Shown here: piece after piece, positions 61,996 through 64,000 of the stretch
How positions within the stretch are numbered: the stretch's first letter is position 1
How the letters are laid out: every line of letters starts with the position of its first letter
Assembly (NCBI GenBank): GCA_965207445.1
Contig: CBDBLX010000002.1
Span: forward strand, 896,001 to 960,000
Direction: 5' to 3'
DNA: 64,000 nt
Origin: Nitrosopumilus sp.
GTDB taxonomy: Archaea; Thermoproteota; Nitrososphaeria; Nitrososphaerales; Nitrosopumilaceae
Notes under the pieces: model-generated
What the model saw: only the letters and a program-made list of their open reading frames with translations
Database searches by the model: none
What the model was told of the DNA's origin: nothing
Made by a program: the position numbers and the translations under genes

Positions 61996-62209
61996 TCATA
62001 TTGTCAACTATACCCATGACTAGTAAAAATATATTATTATATATAATTTTTAATAAAAATTGATCAAATATTAAAATACCATACCAAATGCTATTTGAAG
62101 CAAATTCTAGTGAGATAAATGATTATATTTTTAACTAGTATATGCATAAAAACTGAACTGTTAATACATACGGAAATAGTTAAAAGAAAACAATATCCTA
62201 TAATGTTCA

Positions 62210-62635
62210 TTGAGATGGTTCATTTGTATATTTGAGTGGAAAACATACATTCTAACTGCACTAGCTGTAGTGTCTTTTTCAAACTTTGTGACAATATTAT
62301 TTGGACAAACCATACCTGGAATAGTAGTCGACTTTTTTAGAGTTGCAGGTGAGTATGTTGTATTGGGCGCAATCTTTGTGTTTGCAATGGCATGGTTCCT
62401 AAAAGCAAAACCATATAGTCCCCACCATCGACCAAAAATATACAATGTCGTTGTGTTTGATGTGTATGGGAAACCGACTATAATTGATGGAATACGGACA
62501 GAATTTAAGACTCATGATGTAGCATGGAGCTATATGAAACAATACAAGTCACTGTACCCATTATGTAACTTTGCCTTGGTCTCATCTGACACTACATTGG
62601 AATCTGGAAAACCTACCATATTTAGATACATCTGA
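62210..62635 (+). CDS. Membrane protein of unknown function
   Basis: Two TM segments and a soluble C-terminus. Confidence 0.7.
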   Translation: MRWFICIFEWKTYILTALAVVSFSNFVTILFGQTIPGIVVDFFRVAGEYVVLGAIFVFAMAWFLKAKPYSPHHRPKIYNVVVFDVYGKPTIIDGIRTEFKTHDVAWSYMKQYKSLYPLCNFALVSSDTTLESGKPTIFRYI

Positions 62636-62668
62636 ACTCTTTTTATTTGCCAATCAAAGACAATTATT

Positions 62669-64000
62669 GTGGAATTTTCTATTCTGGCTACTGCGTTTCA
62701 AAAGATGGAGTCTACAACAAAAAGATTAGAACTTACAGATATACTCACAGAACTCTTCTTAAACACGCCAAAAGATGTGATATCGCGTATAGTATATTTG
62801 CTTCAAGGAAAGATACGTCCTGATTTTGAAGGTGTAGAACTTGGCGTGGCAGAAAAACTCGCAATCAAAGCACTCTCAAAATCATCTGGTGTAAACATAA
62901 AGGTGATCAAGCAACAGTATCAAGAAAGTGGTGACTTGGGGCGCACCGCAGAGGTCATAATGGAACAAAAGACTCAGACTACATTTGTCACAGAGATGAT
63001 TACAGTAGAGCGAGTGTATGATACCCTTTACAAAATTGCAAAACTTGAAGGAAATCGCTCACAAGATCTGAAGACTAGATACATATCGAGTTTGTTAAAT
63101 GACGCTCAACCAATGGAATCTGGATATATACTCAAGATACTGCTTGGCAGTTTAAGATTTGGTATTGCAGAGAATACAATAATGGATGCACTTGCATCTG
63201 CGTTTACTGGAGAGAAAAACAACCGTGGTATAATTGAGCATGCATACAATGTATCAAGTGATTTAGGTGCCGTTGCAAATGCAATAGCATCTGATGGATT
63301 AGATGGTATAAAGAACTTTAATGCTGAATTATTCAGACCCATAAGACCAATGCTTGCTGAGCGTATTAAAAGTGAGCAAGAAGCCATATCAAAAATGGGT
63401 AAAGGTCTTGTAGCCGAATACAAACTAGATGGTGAGCGCGTACAGATTCATGTAAAAGATGAGCGCGTAGAGATATTTTCAAGAAAGCTTGAAAAGATCA
63501 CATCACATTATCCTGATATCGCAGAGCAGATACCTCAATTGATAAATGTTAAAGAGGCCATATTTGAAGCAGAAGCGGTTGCCATCAACGAAAAGACTGG
63601 TGACTATTTACCGTTTCAAGAGTTGATGCATCGTAGGAGAAAGTACAACATTACAAAAACTGTGTCCGATTATCCTATAACTGTCAATCTTTTTGATATA
63701 TTGTACTCAAATGGTAAGAGTTGTATGGATTTATCATATACAGAGCGGCGTCGTATGCTTGAGGATGCAATATCAAAAAAGAATGATTATGCTCGATGCA
63801 TTCCTATGACGACAATTACTAACGTATCTGAAATGTCTGAATTCATGGAAGGTGCAATAAATGCAGGAAGCGAAGGTTTGATGCTAAAGATGCCTCGTGC
63901 CACATATCAGGCCGGCTCACGTGGCAGTTATTGGCTCAAATTAAAAAAAGAGTATCGAAACGAACTAGGTGACAGCTTGGACCTTGTTGTCATTGGTGGA
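62669..64000 (+). CDS. lig: ATP-dependent DNA ligase, runs off the window end
   Basis: GTG start EFSILATAFQKMESTTKRLE; RPIRPMLA, AEYKLDGERVQIH, EGLMLK and WLKLK. Confidence 0.96.
   Translation, partial: MEFSILATAFQKMESTTKRLELTDILTELFLNTPKDVISRIVYLLQGKIRPDFEGVELGVAEKLAIKALSKSSGVNIKVIKQQYQESGDLGRTAEVIMEQKTQTTFVTEMITVERVYDTLYKIAKLEGNRSQDLKTRYISSLLNDAQPMESGYILKILLGSLRFGIAENTIMDALASAFTGEKNNRGIIEHAYNVSSDLGAVANAIASDGLDGIKNFNAELFRPIRPMLAERIKSEQEAISKMGKGLVAEYKLDGERVQIHVKDERVEIFSRKLEKITSHYPDIAEQIPQLINVKEAIFEAEAVAINEKTGDYLPFQELMHRRRKYNITKTVSDYPITVNLFDILYSNGKSCMDLSYTERRRMLEDAISKKNDYARCIPMTTITNVSEMSEFMEGAINAGSEGLMLKMPRATYQAGSRGSYWLKLKKEYRNELGDSLDLVVIGG

Noticed and set aside
63106..63423. 105-aa minus-strand ORF
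   Set aside because: Antisense to the DNA ligase gene, which the ORF track missed because it runs off the window.

Overview
AT-rich archaeal chromosome segment that looks like Nitrosopumilaceae (ammonia-oxidising Thaumarchaeota/Nitrososphaerota). This is inferred from thaumarchaeosortase, Alba, cofE, archaeal proS, rpoP-rps10-EF1A, FBP aldolase/phosphatase and an ATP-dependent ligase. Housekeeping genes (GGR, dpo4, dys, ino1, smc, proS, egtB/egtD, cofE, trxB, thi4, tuf, fbp, lig) are interleaved with many mobile-element remains: two intact IS630 copies and two solo ends, decayed IS66, IS5, ISH3 and IS3 elements, an integrase relic, and two MITE families (about 82 bp with GTAACCGTTCAAC ends; 70 bp with GTGTGAACCAA ends). 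The MITEs repeatedly sit at the edges of small GC-richer foreign cassettes. Best candidates for new biology: (i) a relic DUF1156-methylase/DUF499 defence locus of which only an embedded MNT-HEPN pair survives, paralleled by a HEPN gene coupled to hsdM; (ii) an Alba chromatin protein with a ~460-aa Cys/His/acidic repeat tail; (iii) a MITE-bracketed SWIM-HNH cassette; (iv) a secreted protein plus membrane-partner pair; (v) a PIN-nuclease two-gene cassette. No CRISPR array, rRNA or convincing tRNA was seen. All family calls come from motif recognition by eye, not database searches, and no complete new system is proven.
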